A stretch of DNA of 64,000 nt from an uncultured Candidatus Saccharibacteria bacterium (GTDB lineage Bacteria > Patescibacteriota > Saccharimonadia > Saccharimonadales > Saccharimonadaceae): assembly GCA_964475445.1 (NCBI GenBank), contig CAYYWU010000003.1, forward strand, positions 7,269-71,268, read 5' to 3'. Positions 1-9,407 of the stretch are shown here, in pieces. The notes under the pieces are model-generated. The model was not told where the DNA came from and made no database searches. It saw nothing but the letters and a program-made list of their open reading frames with translations. A program made the position numbers and the translations under genes. Every line of letters starts with the position of its first letter. Within the stretch, counting starts at the first letter, position 1.

Positions 1-4
1 GAAG

Positions 5-802
5 TTGTTTTCAACAGGGGACGTCATTGACAAAAATAATAAGGTGTGCTATAATGGAGGGATAGTAGCACAAAACACTCTTGGGCTACCTCTTGAGATG
101 ACTAAGTTGGAAAGCTTAGCAAAGAAGTATCATTTGGCAATTATTGAAGATTTGGCACATTCAGCGGGTCGATTTTATCCCGATGGCCGCGAGGCCGGTA
201 CGGTGGGGGCGGTGACGGCATTGTCGTTTGGCAAGGGTAAAGCCATTGATACAATTGAGGGCGGAGCGGTGGTCGTGCGTGACGCGCATGCAGAAATGTC
301 GGCTGAGCCGGTGCGCCGTCCAAAATGGCAAGATCGCTGGCGGGATCGTTGGTATCCTCTGCTGGGGCTGATGATGCGTGCTGGGTATCATATTGGATTA
401 GGAAAAATTATCACCGGTGGGTTTCTGAAGCTGGGCTGGATTGCCCGCTCGGGCGATGCTGAGCTAGACACGGCGGTGGCGCTGACTAATTGGCAAGCGA
501 AGCTGGCCGCGGCGCAGCTCGAACAGTTGGGGACGGGCCCGTTGCGGGAACATATGTTTGTGCGGGAGCGAGAGCGGCTACTAGACAGCTTGAGACAGAA
601 AGGTTACCATTTGGACGAAATTTGGTATGATGCTCCGGTGGGACCGGCTCGGTGTATGGCAGAGGCGAATTTCCCCAGCGCGGATTGCCCGACGACCGTG
701 CGGGTGGCAGAGGAGATTATCAATTTGCCGACCTGGTATACAGAGGAGCGGCTAAGCCCAGCGCGCGATTTAATTCAGGAGTGGCAAGATGAGCAACGAT
801 GA
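5..802 (+). CDS. DegT/DnrJ/EryC1/StrS-family PLP-dependent aminotransferase (probably 5'-truncated by the window edge)
   Basis: IIEDLAHSAG, SFGKGKAIDTIEGG and INLPTW motifs; the frame is open to the window start. Confidence 0.8.
   Translation: MFSTGDVIDKNNKVCYNGGIVAQNTLGLPLEMTKLESLAKKYHLAIIEDLAHSAGRFYPDGREAGTVGAVTALSFGKGKAIDTIEGGAVVVRDAHAEMSAEPVRRPKWQDRWRDRWYPLLGLMMRAGYHIGLGKIITGGFLKLGWIARSGDAELDTAVALTNWQAKLAAAQLEQLGTGPLREHMFVRERERLLDSLRQKGYHLDEIWYDAPVGPARCMAEANFPSADCPTTVRVAEEIINLPTWYTEERLSPARDLIQEWQDEQR
27..55 (+). promoter_or_regulatory. Consensus sigma70 promoter inside the aminotransferase CDS
   Basis: TTGACA(27-32)-17 bp-TATAAT(50-55), with TG just upstream of the -10. Confidence 0.65.
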
Positions 803-1796
803 CATTCGCGTGATTTATCGAAAGACTTGGAAAGAGATGCAGCGGAAGTTCCCCGAAGCTAACTTCTTGCAATCGCCGGAATGGGGAAAGGTTAATGAGC
901 TGGTCGGGCATCAGGTGAAAATCGAGGATTTTGCGGGACAAGGTTGGTGCCTGATGATTGTGAAGAACGCCAAGCGTGGGCGCTACCTTGAGGTGCCGGG
1001 CGGGCCGTTGATTGACTGGCAGAATCAAGAGCTGGCGGAACAGACGTTCAACAGGATTCGGCAGGTGGCGGTGCAGGCCGGTTGCGTTTTTGTGCGCTTG
1101 CGCCCGCAACTGAAGATGAATGCCGAGAATGTGCAAAAACTGGAAAGCCTAGGCACGCAAAAGGCGCCGATGCATTTGCACGCGGAGCATACTGTGATTC
1201 TTGATCTTGAGAAAAGTGAGGATGAGTTGCTGGCGGGAATGCGCCGGCAGACGAGATATGAGGTACGGCGTGCGGGGAAATTAGGGATTACCGTCGATTG
1301 GGCGAACAATCCGGGAATCTTTACCGAATTCCAGCAGGCGCAAGCTGAGACGGCAGCCAGGCAACATTTTGTGCCACCAGATTTGAAGATGCTCTTGGCG
1401 GAGCGTGAGGGCTTTGGCGAGAATGCGCGCCTGTATGTCGCACGCACGGCTGAGGGGGAGCCCGTGGCTTATGGCCTGATTTTGATTTCTGGTGTTGAAG
1501 CGGAATATTTTGAGGCCGCATCGACGAGCTTGAATCGCAAGCTGCCAGGTTCGTATGCCTTGCAGTGGCAAGCGATTCGAGATTTGAAACAATTAGGTAT
1601 TAAGCGTTACAATCTCTGGGGGATTGCTCCGCCCGGAGCTAAAGAGCATCGCTATGCCGGCGTCACAACCTTCAAAACTGGCTTTGCTGGCGAGATTGTG
1701 GAGTTTGTGCCGGCTCAAGACATTGTGATTAAACGGGTGCGGTATCTATTTAATCTCGCGGTTGAAAAGCTACGTAAACGTCTACGTCATTTGTAA
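789..1796 (+). CDS. FemAB/FemX-family peptidoglycan bridge peptidyltransferase
   Basis: NFLQSPEWG, GGPLIDW, RRQTRYEVRRA, YNLWGI and FKTGF motifs. Confidence 0.9.
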   Translation: MSNDDIRVIYRKTWKEMQRKFPEANFLQSPEWGKVNELVGHQVKIEDFAGQGWCLMIVKNAKRGRYLEVPGGPLIDWQNQELAEQTFNRIRQVAVQAGCVFVRLRPQLKMNAENVQKLESLGTQKAPMHLHAEHTVILDLEKSEDELLAGMRRQTRYEVRRAGKLGITVDWANNPGIFTEFQQAQAETAARQHFVPPDLKMLLAEREGFGENARLYVARTAEGEPVAYGLILISGVEAEYFEAASTSLNRKLPGSYALQWQAIRDLKQLGIKRYNLWGIAPPGAKEHRYAGVTTFKTGFAGEIVEFVPAQDIVIKRVRYLFNLAVEKLRKRLRHL

Positions 1797-1809
1797 AAGA
1801 AAGGAAAAC

Positions 1810-2862
1810 ATGAGAATCGTTGAAGCTAAAAGTCGCAAAGAATGGGATGAATTCGTCACTAGCCACCCGGAGGCTAACTTTTTGCAATCCTGGGACTTTT
1901 ATGAGTTTTATAAGAGTCGTGGCAACGATGTTGTGCGGCGCTTGGTAGTCGAAGAAGTTTTTGACGATCAAGACCAAAAAGTTGCCCGCGAGCGCACGAT
2001 TTTGGGGGCTTATGCTGGGGTCGTTGAGAAAGCGAAACGCGGCCGACACCTGGCAATTGCGGGCGGACCGATTTTAGACTGGGGAAAGCTGAATGTTGTC
2101 GAGGCCGTCTTTCGAGACATGGCTGAGCAGGGCAAGAAATATGGCTGTGTTTTTGTGCGGGTCCGCCCGCAACTCGAGCGCAGCGCCGAAAGTCTGGAGT
2201 TAATGCGCCGCCTGGGCGCCAAGCCGGCGCCAATGTATTTGTCGGTGGAATTTGCTGGCGTGCTAGATTTGCAGAGGAGCGAGGAAGAAATTTTGGCTGG
2301 CATGCGCCAACGCATGCGCCGAGCTCTGCGCAAGGGCGCTAAGAACGATATCCAGATTGAGAAAAGCACCGACCCGGCGGATATTCATGAGTTTTACCAG
2401 ATTGAGCTCCAGACGGCTGGCCGGCATGGCTTCGTAGCGTTCTCGGAAGACTTTTTGACGAAGCAATTTGCAGCTTTTGCCAAGCATGGCGAGGCTGTGC
2501 TCTATACCGCTAAATACCAGGGTGAGATTTTGGCACAAAACTTTATGATTTTCTACGGCAACGAGGCTTCATATCACTATGGCGTCAGCTCTGAATTGGG
2601 CACAAAGCTGTCTGGGGCGCCGCTACTGCATATGGAGGCGATGCGAGATGCGCGGGAGCAGGGAATTAGTCGTTATAACTTCTGGGGAATTGTCGGCGAA
2701 GATGAAACTTGGCATCGTTTCTATGGGGTTTCGCAGTTCAAACGCGGCTTCGGCGTCGACGAGTTCAAATATGTGCCGGCGCATGATTTGGTTTTGAAAC
2801 CAGGGCGCTATCTAGTGACGAAGCTGATTGAACAGGCGCGCAAAAAGAAACGCCATGTCTAA
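1810..2862 (+). CDS. Second FemAB/FemX-family peptidyltransferase
   Basis: NFLQSWDF, GGPILDW, YNFWGI and FKRGFG motifs; ATG 1810 follows AAGGA. Confidence 0.9.
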   Translation: MRIVEAKSRKEWDEFVTSHPEANFLQSWDFYEFYKSRGNDVVRRLVVEEVFDDQDQKVARERTILGAYAGVVEKAKRGRHLAIAGGPILDWGKLNVVEAVFRDMAEQGKKYGCVFVRVRPQLERSAESLELMRRLGAKPAPMYLSVEFAGVLDLQRSEEEILAGMRQRMRRALRKGAKNDIQIEKSTDPADIHEFYQIELQTAGRHGFVAFSEDFLTKQFAAFAKHGEAVLYTAKYQGEILAQNFMIFYGNEASYHYGVSSELGTKLSGAPLLHMEAMRDAREQGISRYNFWGIVGEDETWHRFYGVSQFKRGFGVDEFKYVPAHDLVLKPGRYLVTKLIEQARKKKRHV

Positions 2863-2950
2863 AGCTAACTAGACATGCTTACATTCTAAAGTCAAGTCTA
2901 CCAAGCAATATCATCTTCTGCTACAATGAAGACAAACTAGGAGGTTATTT

Positions 2951-3595
2951 ATGGCGCATATCAAGCGTAAGTATATTGACAGCCACTGGCTGGTATTCAT
3001 CTTTCAGGGAGCAATCGCCCTACTTTTCGGTTGCGCAACTTTATTCACCGGTGACAGCTCATCGACCAGTCTGGTTCCGATCGTTGGGATTTCTCTCTTG
3101 GCGCTGGCCGTAGTTGAGTTTGCCAACTCAATTTATCGCAGTTATAATCGTCAAGGTTGGGGCGTTTCCACTGGGATTGCCTTGTTTGATGCTTTATTCG
3201 GCCTATTGCTGCTCTTTGTAATCAATGAGGGCATGGTGTGGCACCTGGTGTTAGTGTCGATTTATACGATTTTGCGGGGGATTTTCGAGATTGTGATTGC
3301 TTTCCGCACCACCGTCGACCCGACCGATCGCTTTATTTGGGCGCTCTGTGGGGTCTGTGGCATTATCTTTGGCATCGTGATTTTCAACTCGGGCCATCTC
3401 GCCAATGTTGATTTTGTACGCTTTTTCGGGGCTTATATGATGATTCTGGGCGTTTCCAGCCTAATTTACAGTATCCATAACCGCGACCAACAGCGTGAAG
3501 ACCGCCAGGCGCGCTCTGAAGCCGCCAAAGAAGCTAACAAAACCAAAAGCGCTATGGTAGAGCCAGAAAGCCTTAAAACCGCTGAAAACGCCTAA
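2951..3595 (+). CDS. HdeD/DUF308-like membrane protein
   Basis: About six hydrophobic segments; GGAGG SD; TGCTACAAT upstream. Confidence 0.65.
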   Translation: MAHIKRKYIDSHWLVFIFQGAIALLFGCATLFTGDSSSTSLVPIVGISLLALAVVEFANSIYRSYNRQGWGVSTGIALFDALFGLLLLFVINEGMVWHLVLVSIYTILRGIFEIVIAFRTTVDPTDRFIWALCGVCGIIFGIVIFNSGHLANVDFVRFFGAYMMILGVSSLIYSIHNRDQQREDRQARSEAAKEANKTKSAMVEPESLKTAENA

Positions 3596-3645
3596 AATGG
3601 CCTTTTACAGCGAAGTATGATATAATAAAGTCTCAAGGAGAAAAT

Positions 3646-4521
3646 ATGCAATATCGTCAACCCACTAAGGCGATTGTGACCGATGCAGGTTTTGCTAGTC
3701 GCTTTTTGCCAATTACAAAAACCATCCCTAAGGCTATGCTGCCGCTCGGCAACCGCCCAATCATGCAGCTAATCGTAGAAGAATGTGCTGCTGCCGGGAT
3801 TGAAGAAGTAATTATCGTTGCTACTCATGAAGGTAAGGGAATTTACGAGGATTATTTCAACAATAGCTGCAATAAAATCCGCAAACAGCTACATGCGCAG
3901 GGCAAAGATGACCGTTATGCCCCGATTCAGGCAGTGTTGGATTTGCCAAAAATCACTGTAATTGAGCAAGATCCGGCTTATCCGTACGGTAATGGTTCAC
4001 CAATCGCTTCGGCGCGCAAGTTTATTCGTGATGATGAAGCTTTCGTCGCAGTTTATTCCGATGATGTCGTCTTTGGCAGCTCGGATGTCCAGACTCTGAA
4101 AGAAGCTTACGCGGCGCACCCTGATGCTGGCGCAATCATCATTGCTCAGGAAATGCCAACCGAAGTCTTGAACAAATATGGCATTATTAAGTTGGCTGAC
4201 GAGGAGAAAATGACCCTTAGTAGTATCGTTGAGAAGCCAAAAATCGAAGACGCACCGTCAAATCTGACCAGCTATGGTCGGTATTTGTTGACTCCAGAAG
4301 TTTTCCAGTACCTCGACCCGCGTAATACCGGGCTTGACGGGGAATTGTGGACCGTCGACGCAATCACGCGGATTGTCGAAAACGGCGGCAATGTTTATGT
4401 CGAGAAGACTCGAGGAAAATGGCTGACCACTGGCGACCCGAAGAATTACTTCATGACCCAGCTCGAATATACGCTCGATCATGAAGATTTTGCCGACGAC
4501 GTGCGGGCTAAGTTTGCCTAA
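3646..4521 (+). CDS. UTP-glucose-1-phosphate uridylyltransferase-like sugar-phosphate nucleotidyltransferase
   Basis: AGFASRFLPITKTIPKAMLP, IVEKP and GRYLLTP motifs. Confidence 0.85.
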   Translation: MQYRQPTKAIVTDAGFASRFLPITKTIPKAMLPLGNRPIMQLIVEECAAAGIEEVIIVATHEGKGIYEDYFNNSCNKIRKQLHAQGKDDRYAPIQAVLDLPKITVIEQDPAYPYGNGSPIASARKFIRDDEAFVAVYSDDVVFGSSDVQTLKEAYAAHPDAGAIIIAQEMPTEVLNKYGIIKLADEEKMTLSSIVEKPKIEDAPSNLTSYGRYLLTPEVFQYLDPRNTGLDGELWTVDAITRIVENGGNVYVEKTRGKWLTTGDPKNYFMTQLEYTLDHEDFADDVRAKFA

Positions 4522-4563
4522 GCGCGGCCGTGAGACCATAGATATTAAAATTAGGAGGTAAAA

Positions 4564-4959
4564 ATGAATATTGCAGAGTGGATTTTGGTAATGATGCTGT
4601 CGGTGGCATTGTTGACGTTTTTGGTAGTAGGGATTGTATTGCTAGTGAAGCTGATTCACTTGGCTGAGGAAGCCCAGAAAATCGTCCAAACCGGTCAGGG
4701 TATTGCGGAAAAGGCGGATGATATTGTTGATAATGTCAAAGGTATGACCTCTGTTGGCGGCATTGTCAAGACTTTTGCCAACCACGTTATGGAAGGTCAA
4801 GAACGCCGCTATGCCGAAGAAGATGCAGCGCGCGAAGCTGCCCAGGAATCTGCAGACAAAGCCGCCGAAGCGGCTATCAAGCAGGCTCGTACGGCAGAGC
4901 GAAGCACCAAAACAGCCTCAAAATCTGCTGCCAGCGCCAAGAAAGCAGCGAAGAAATAG
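4564..4959 (+). CDS. Small membrane-anchored protein (DUF948-like) with an Ala/Lys-rich tail
   Basis: N-terminal TM helix, coiled segment, AGGAGG SD. Confidence 0.6.
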   Translation: MNIAEWILVMMLSVALLTFLVVGIVLLVKLIHLAEEAQKIVQTGQGIAEKADDIVDNVKGMTSVGGIVKTFANHVMEGQERRYAEEDAAREAAQESADKAAEAAIKQARTAERSTKTASKSAASAKKAAKK

Positions 4960-4979
4960 ACATTAATTTAGTGTAGTAA

Positions 4980-5011
4980 AAAGGCTTCAGCGGTGTTCTG
5001 CTGAAGCCTTT
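4980..5011. terminator. Intrinsic terminator between convergent genes
   Basis: AAAGGCTTCAGC / GCTGAAGCCTTT 12-bp stem. Confidence 0.75.
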
Positions 5012-5046
5012 CGGTTTTCAAGTTGCGTAAAGCATAGTCTAGCGTC

Positions 5047-5433
5047 TCAACGCTTATCATCGGCCGTGTAAATGGTGCATTCAATCGAGCCTCTTCGATC
5101 TTTGGTGCTGTAGTAGCCATTAAAAGGCGTACTGCATTCAGGACGTCCCGGAGATGCGCAAAGATCCAAATAACCCTCAATCATAAAGCTCTCGCCCGTA
5201 CCGTCTTCATGCTTCACTCCTGTGACTTTTGCCCAAAAGCAATCTTCCTTATTCTTGGAGGTTGCCCGCCAGACAGCTTCCTTCAGTGACTTCTTTGTCT
5301 CCGCATCAACCAGATGTAACTTGACCAGAAACTGAGGACGCGTCTTGTCGTAGGCATAAGCTAAAGCCGTGACGAGGTCCATCTTCGATGGACCATTGGT
5401 TACCAATGCTTTAAAAGATTTTTTGTAGATCAT
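5047..5433 (-). CDS. Hypothetical protein (128 aa)
   Basis: AAGGAGG SD and a TTGACA-17-TACAAT promoter upstream on the minus strand. Confidence 0.65.
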   Translation of the reverse strand: MIYKKSFKALVTNGPSKMDLVTALAYAYDKTRPQFLVKLHLVDAETKKSLKEAVWRATSKNKEDCFWAKVTGVKHEDGTGESFMIEGYLDLCASPGRPECSTPFNGYYSTKDRRGSIECTIYTADDKR

Positions 5434-5543
5434 ACAATCTACCTCCTTCTAAGATACTCTACCGTAATGGTAGGCAACATACCGCATACACGATATACTA
5501 CTATTGTAGCATACATTCATTAAAATGTCAATAGCTAACCCAT

Positions 5544-5574
5544 GAAAAATGGCACAACCGTGAGGCTGTGCCAT
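5544..5574 (-). terminator. Intrinsic terminator of the telA-VWA operon
   Basis: ATGGCACA / TGTGCCAT stem followed by a T-run on the minus strand. Confidence 0.6.
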
Positions 5575-5608
5575 AATTTTGGGAGGCGAAAACTTTGTTG
5601 TTCGGTAA

Positions 5609-7309
5609 TTAAAGCTGTACGTTGAACAGATTACGCAGCTGATTGATAATATCGTCGGTCTGCGCATTGATCAAGGTTGCTTCATTAATCTCACTGAGCT
5701 GCTGCAATTCACCCGTGTTTCTCAAGTTATATCCAATTGTATAAACCGGCACTTTCATGCCAGCGACAATGTCGGTAATTCTGCTGAGACCATAGCCACT
5801 ATTTTGCTCACCGTCAGACAGTACAAAAAGCATCAATTTGGCTTCCGGGACCTCGATCGCTCCTTGTCGGAGGATATCCAGTGCCACCAGCACGGCGTCG
5901 TAGGTTGCAGTGCCACCATTGGCGGTTAAAGATTTAACAGCTCCAGAGAAATATGCTCTTTGGGTTTCATCAAACTGCAGAGTATCATAAGTCTTGGTCT
6001 CCTCGTTGAACGGTATCGGATTAAGGTTAATGTAAACGTCGTCCGAATACGATACTAATCCTACATAATTATCACTACCAATGTAGCTGGAAGTTGAAAT
6101 TAAGGATTCCTTCAACGCATTCAGCGGCTCACCATCCATCGATCCAGAAACATCAGCCACGAAAACTGCAATAATTGGTTTGCCACCATCTTTGTTGGCT
6201 TTCCAGATTTTTTGTGCAGCCACGTAGCCTGCTCCGTCCAAACCAGCGCTTTGCTCTTTGTAATCATCGTGCAGGTTGAACCCTTTTTCATCAGCAATTT
6301 CCTGGGCTTCATCACTCAAACAGTATTCGACAAACTTTCTCGCCGCAGCCTGTTTTTCGTCCGACACATAATCGAAAGTATAAACCGGATGATCGTGTCG
6401 AATTCCGGCCGGAACATAGACATAGTCACGCAGTTCCGGTGCATTATGATAGGCCTGTTCCTCCATCACCATTGCCTTGATAATGCCTTTTGAAGCCTGA
6501 TTTCTCAAAACTGCCGTCGTGTAAGCTACCGGTGGTGACTGTTTCTGATAGTCAAGCAATTTCTGGGCGGCTTCATCCGATAAGGGATTATTAGCATCAA
6601 AGCTATGTAACATTGTTGCCAAAATATTCAGCCCAGTTGAAGACGTGTAGGGATTCGTATAGGCAAAGGTTAAATCCCCTGCCAAACTGGCTTCCAACAC
6701 GCTACTGACTGTAACTTCTTTATACTTACTGAGGAACTCCTCATGGGTCTTTTCCTCAATTAAGATTCCAGCAGTATTGCCAGCTATCCGGTCTGTCAGT
6801 TTTATCACTCCGACGCCTTTAGATTTAAGCATCTCTCCCCAAGCATAGGAAGAGGGGATATAAACGTCCGGCTTATAATCACCTTCGGTCATATAGGTTA
6901 AAACTTCACCCGAAGTAATTTTGCGTACGGTCACGCTGATAGTCTTCCCATCGATTTCGTTACGTTGGCTATTGAATTTCTTCGCCAAAATGTTAATTAA
7001 ATCGTCGGGCGCCTCAGCGGATAACTCTGTAGCGGCGGCAATCTCAATATCAATTGTGCCGTTGCCGTTTACGGTTAGCGGGAATGTATTAATATCCGCT
7101 AACGACTTCGGCACCATGTCGAAGTCGTAAATGTCTAATGGCGCTTTCACATTTGATACTGAAATCTTGGTCAGCTTAGACTCAAGTTCCTTTGTTGCTT
7201 CATCGTAAGTATAAACGTCATTTTCTTCATACCCCGGTGTGCCACAGCCACTCAAGCAACAAGTTACTACCAACAAGGCAGCCAAAAACTTTTTTACTAC
7301 ACGTTTCAT
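5609..7309 (-). CDS. Lipoprotein: substrate-binding-like domain + C-terminal VWA domain
   Basis: Lipobox LSGC; MIDAS DVSGS; ANGGTATYDA; LSDG. Confidence 0.85.
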   Translation of the reverse strand: MKRVVKKFLAALLVVTCCLSGCGTPGYEENDVYTYDEATKELESKLTKISVSNVKAPLDIYDFDMVPKSLADINTFPLTVNGNGTIDIEIAAATELSAEAPDDLINILAKKFNSQRNEIDGKTISVTVRKITSGEVLTYMTEGDYKPDVYIPSSYAWGEMLKSKGVGVIKLTDRIAGNTAGILIEEKTHEEFLSKYKEVTVSSVLEASLAGDLTFAYTNPYTSSTGLNILATMLHSFDANNPLSDEAAQKLLDYQKQSPPVAYTTAVLRNQASKGIIKAMVMEEQAYHNAPELRDYVYVPAGIRHDHPVYTFDYVSDEKQAAARKFVEYCLSDEAQEIADEKGFNLHDDYKEQSAGLDGAGYVAAQKIWKANKDGGKPIIAVFVADVSGSMDGEPLNALKESLISTSSYIGSDNYVGLVSYSDDVYINLNPIPFNEETKTYDTLQFDETQRAYFSGAVKSLTANGGTATYDAVLVALDILRQGAIEVPEAKLMLFVLSDGEQNSGYGLSRITDIVAGMKVPVYTIGYNLRNTGELQQLSEINEATLINAQTDDIINQLRNLFNVQL

Positions 7310-8073
7310 TATTCATCCTCCTTTAAAGAATTACGGATTACCGCAATCCAGTTCTCTACTTCACTTCGGTCACTATTTTCGCTATCCATATTATATTGAT
7401 TAATCCAATCTACCGAAGCTTTTAACAGTTTTTTCGCATCATGCAGCTTTTTCTCGTTGTCGTCAAGAATTTTTTGAACTTTCTTTTGGTCAAGACCAGT
7501 ATAGTCCTCAGCCGCTACGCATAAGTTAATTATGTTGCGAAAGTTGCGACAAAGCCTACGTTCAACATTATCTAACACGATGACGGTCTCTCTTAAATAG
7601 AGGGCCTCATTTGTGTCGATTAATATCTGTTGTTTGGTCTGTAGTTTGTCCATTCGATCCATCTGCGCCAAGCACTCGTCAATTAAAGCACTTAATTCAG
7701 GGATTTCAGACTGTAATTGTTGAAATCTTTTCCTGGTAAAATCTGGATTCGTGCTATCCTCAGCGTAGTCCGTCAAAACTTTAGACCGCTGTTGCTGTCG
7801 CTCGAATTCCTTTTCCTGCGTACGTTGCAAAAGTATACGCGTTCGCAGTCGTAATATGCAAAAATGTATTGTTGCTATTACTCCACCGGCCACTATGATA
7901 AAACTAAACCATCGTACAACTTTAAAAATACGAATTCCAAAGCTGATTACGATCCAGTCTCTCCAGAGCGTATTGACTAATAGCGAAGCTACCAGGCCAA
8001 TAATCATCGTTATGACGCCGACCGGAAAAGGGAACGTTCGGGTTTCATCTTCACGTCCTTTCAAAGTCTTCAC
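7309..8073 (-). CDS. Membrane protein, XpaC-like partner of TelA
   Basis: Two TM helices plus a helical C-terminus; position in the telA operon; family assignment tentative. Confidence 0.5.
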   Translation of the reverse strand: MKTLKGREDETRTFPFPVGVITMIIGLVASLLVNTLWRDWIVISFGIRIFKVVRWFSFIIVAGGVIATIHFCILRLRTRILLQRTQEKEFERQQQRSKVLTDYAEDSTNPDFTRKRFQQLQSEIPELSALIDECLAQMDRMDKLQTKQQILIDTNEALYLRETVIVLDNVERRLCRNFRNIINLCVAAEDYTGLDQKKVQKILDDNEKKLHDAKKLLKASVDWINQYNMDSENSDRSEVENWIAVIRNSLKEDE

Positions 8074-8092
8074 CTCCTAATTGTTAATTTGC

Positions 8093-9229
8093 CTAACTTG
8101 TTATTTGCTGACTTGCCCCAATCAACTTCCGTTTCAGATCTTCTTCGATGTTGCGTAATTCGATTTCAGCTTCTGCCCTTCTGCGACGGCCTTCTTCCTG
8201 TATCGCCAGAACATCATCGATCATCTGCAAAGTCTCAGCGTTACTGTTTTTGATTGCCTCGATATCGATAATGCCGCGTTCGGACTCTTTGGCAGCTGCT
8301 ACCATGCTTGTGTGTAAGCGCTTAGCATTTTCTTCCATCATCCGACTAGTCAAATCGGTAATGTTACGCTGCATGTCGGCCGCTTCCTCATTGTGCTGAA
8401 TTGCCAAAGCAATTGCAATTTTTTGCTTCCAAATCGGTATCGTGTTATTGATACTGCTTTGGATTTTCCGCGCCAGCTCATCGTCAGTTTTCTGTACTAA
8501 ACGAATTTGTGGTGCGGTCTGCAAGCAAACGGCTCTAGTCAATTTTAGATCGTGCAGCTGCTTTTCGAAACTCTCACAATGGTCACGGAGATCACTGTAT
8601 AAAAATGCATCTCTCTGATCGCCAGTTTCTGCTGCTTTGCGTTGCAAATCCTGCAATTCACCATTGCGAATTTCCTCGAGTCTTTGCTCGCCTGCCAAAA
8701 TATACAATGTCAACTCCTCATAGTATTCGAGGTTCTGATCGTACATTTCGTCAAGCTTCTTGATGTCTACCAGCAGAGTTGTACGCTGACCAATGAGTTG
8801 CTTTTTGACTCTTTCCAACGTTTCTACGACTCCATCGTATTTGACACGTAAAATCTCAGCTTTGCGTGTCATCGAGCGGAAAAAGTTCAGGAGTTTATTG
8901 TCAGATTCATCATTAAAGTCCTTAATACTAACACTCATCTCCGACAATAATTCGCCTATTTCGCCAACGTCATGTCCAGCTACTCCGCGCAGGGCCTCGT
9001 TGGCAAAAGTTTCTAACTTCTGCTGAGCCACCTCGCCATAACGAGTAATGACTTCACTGTTATGCAAGTCTATTTGCTTCGCAAAACTTTTCACCTGTTT
9101 TTGCTTTTCGGGCGATAAGTTCTCAATCTGTGCTAAAGTTGCACTGACTTCACGCATTACGGCGTTCTTTTCTGTCTGAGCAGCCAAGCCCGTATTCGTT
9201 TCGGGCAGTTGTAATTTAATTTCGCTCAT
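8093..9229 (-). CDS. Toxic anion resistance protein (TelA/KlaA family)
   Basis: ITRYGEVAQQKL, QTAPQIRLVQ and TIPIWK motifs; start taken at MSEIK. Confidence 0.88.
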   Translation of the reverse strand: MSEIKLQLPETNTGLAAQTEKNAVMREVSATLAQIENLSPEKQKQVKSFAKQIDLHNSEVITRYGEVAQQKLETFANEALRGVAGHDVGEIGELLSEMSVSIKDFNDESDNKLLNFFRSMTRKAEILRVKYDGVVETLERVKKQLIGQRTTLLVDIKKLDEMYDQNLEYYEELTLYILAGEQRLEEIRNGELQDLQRKAAETGDQRDAFLYSDLRDHCESFEKQLHDLKLTRAVCLQTAPQIRLVQKTDDELARKIQSSINNTIPIWKQKIAIALAIQHNEEAADMQRNITDLTSRMMEENAKRLHTSMVAAAKESERGIIDIEAIKNSNAETLQMIDDVLAIQEEGRRRRAEAEIELRNIEEDLKRKLIGASQQITS

Positions 9230-9407
9230 TCTATCCCACCTTCCTCTCATTTTTATATCCTGAGCGCATCAACAAACAGATCGTTTTTCGCATACGATCT
9301 AGTTACTTTACTATGATAGCATATAAACCAAAATAAGTCAAGAGTATTTTTCAGTTTCTTGACTAAAAACTCCTGCCCAAAGTGCCGAGCGTGCTATAAT
9401 AATATAC

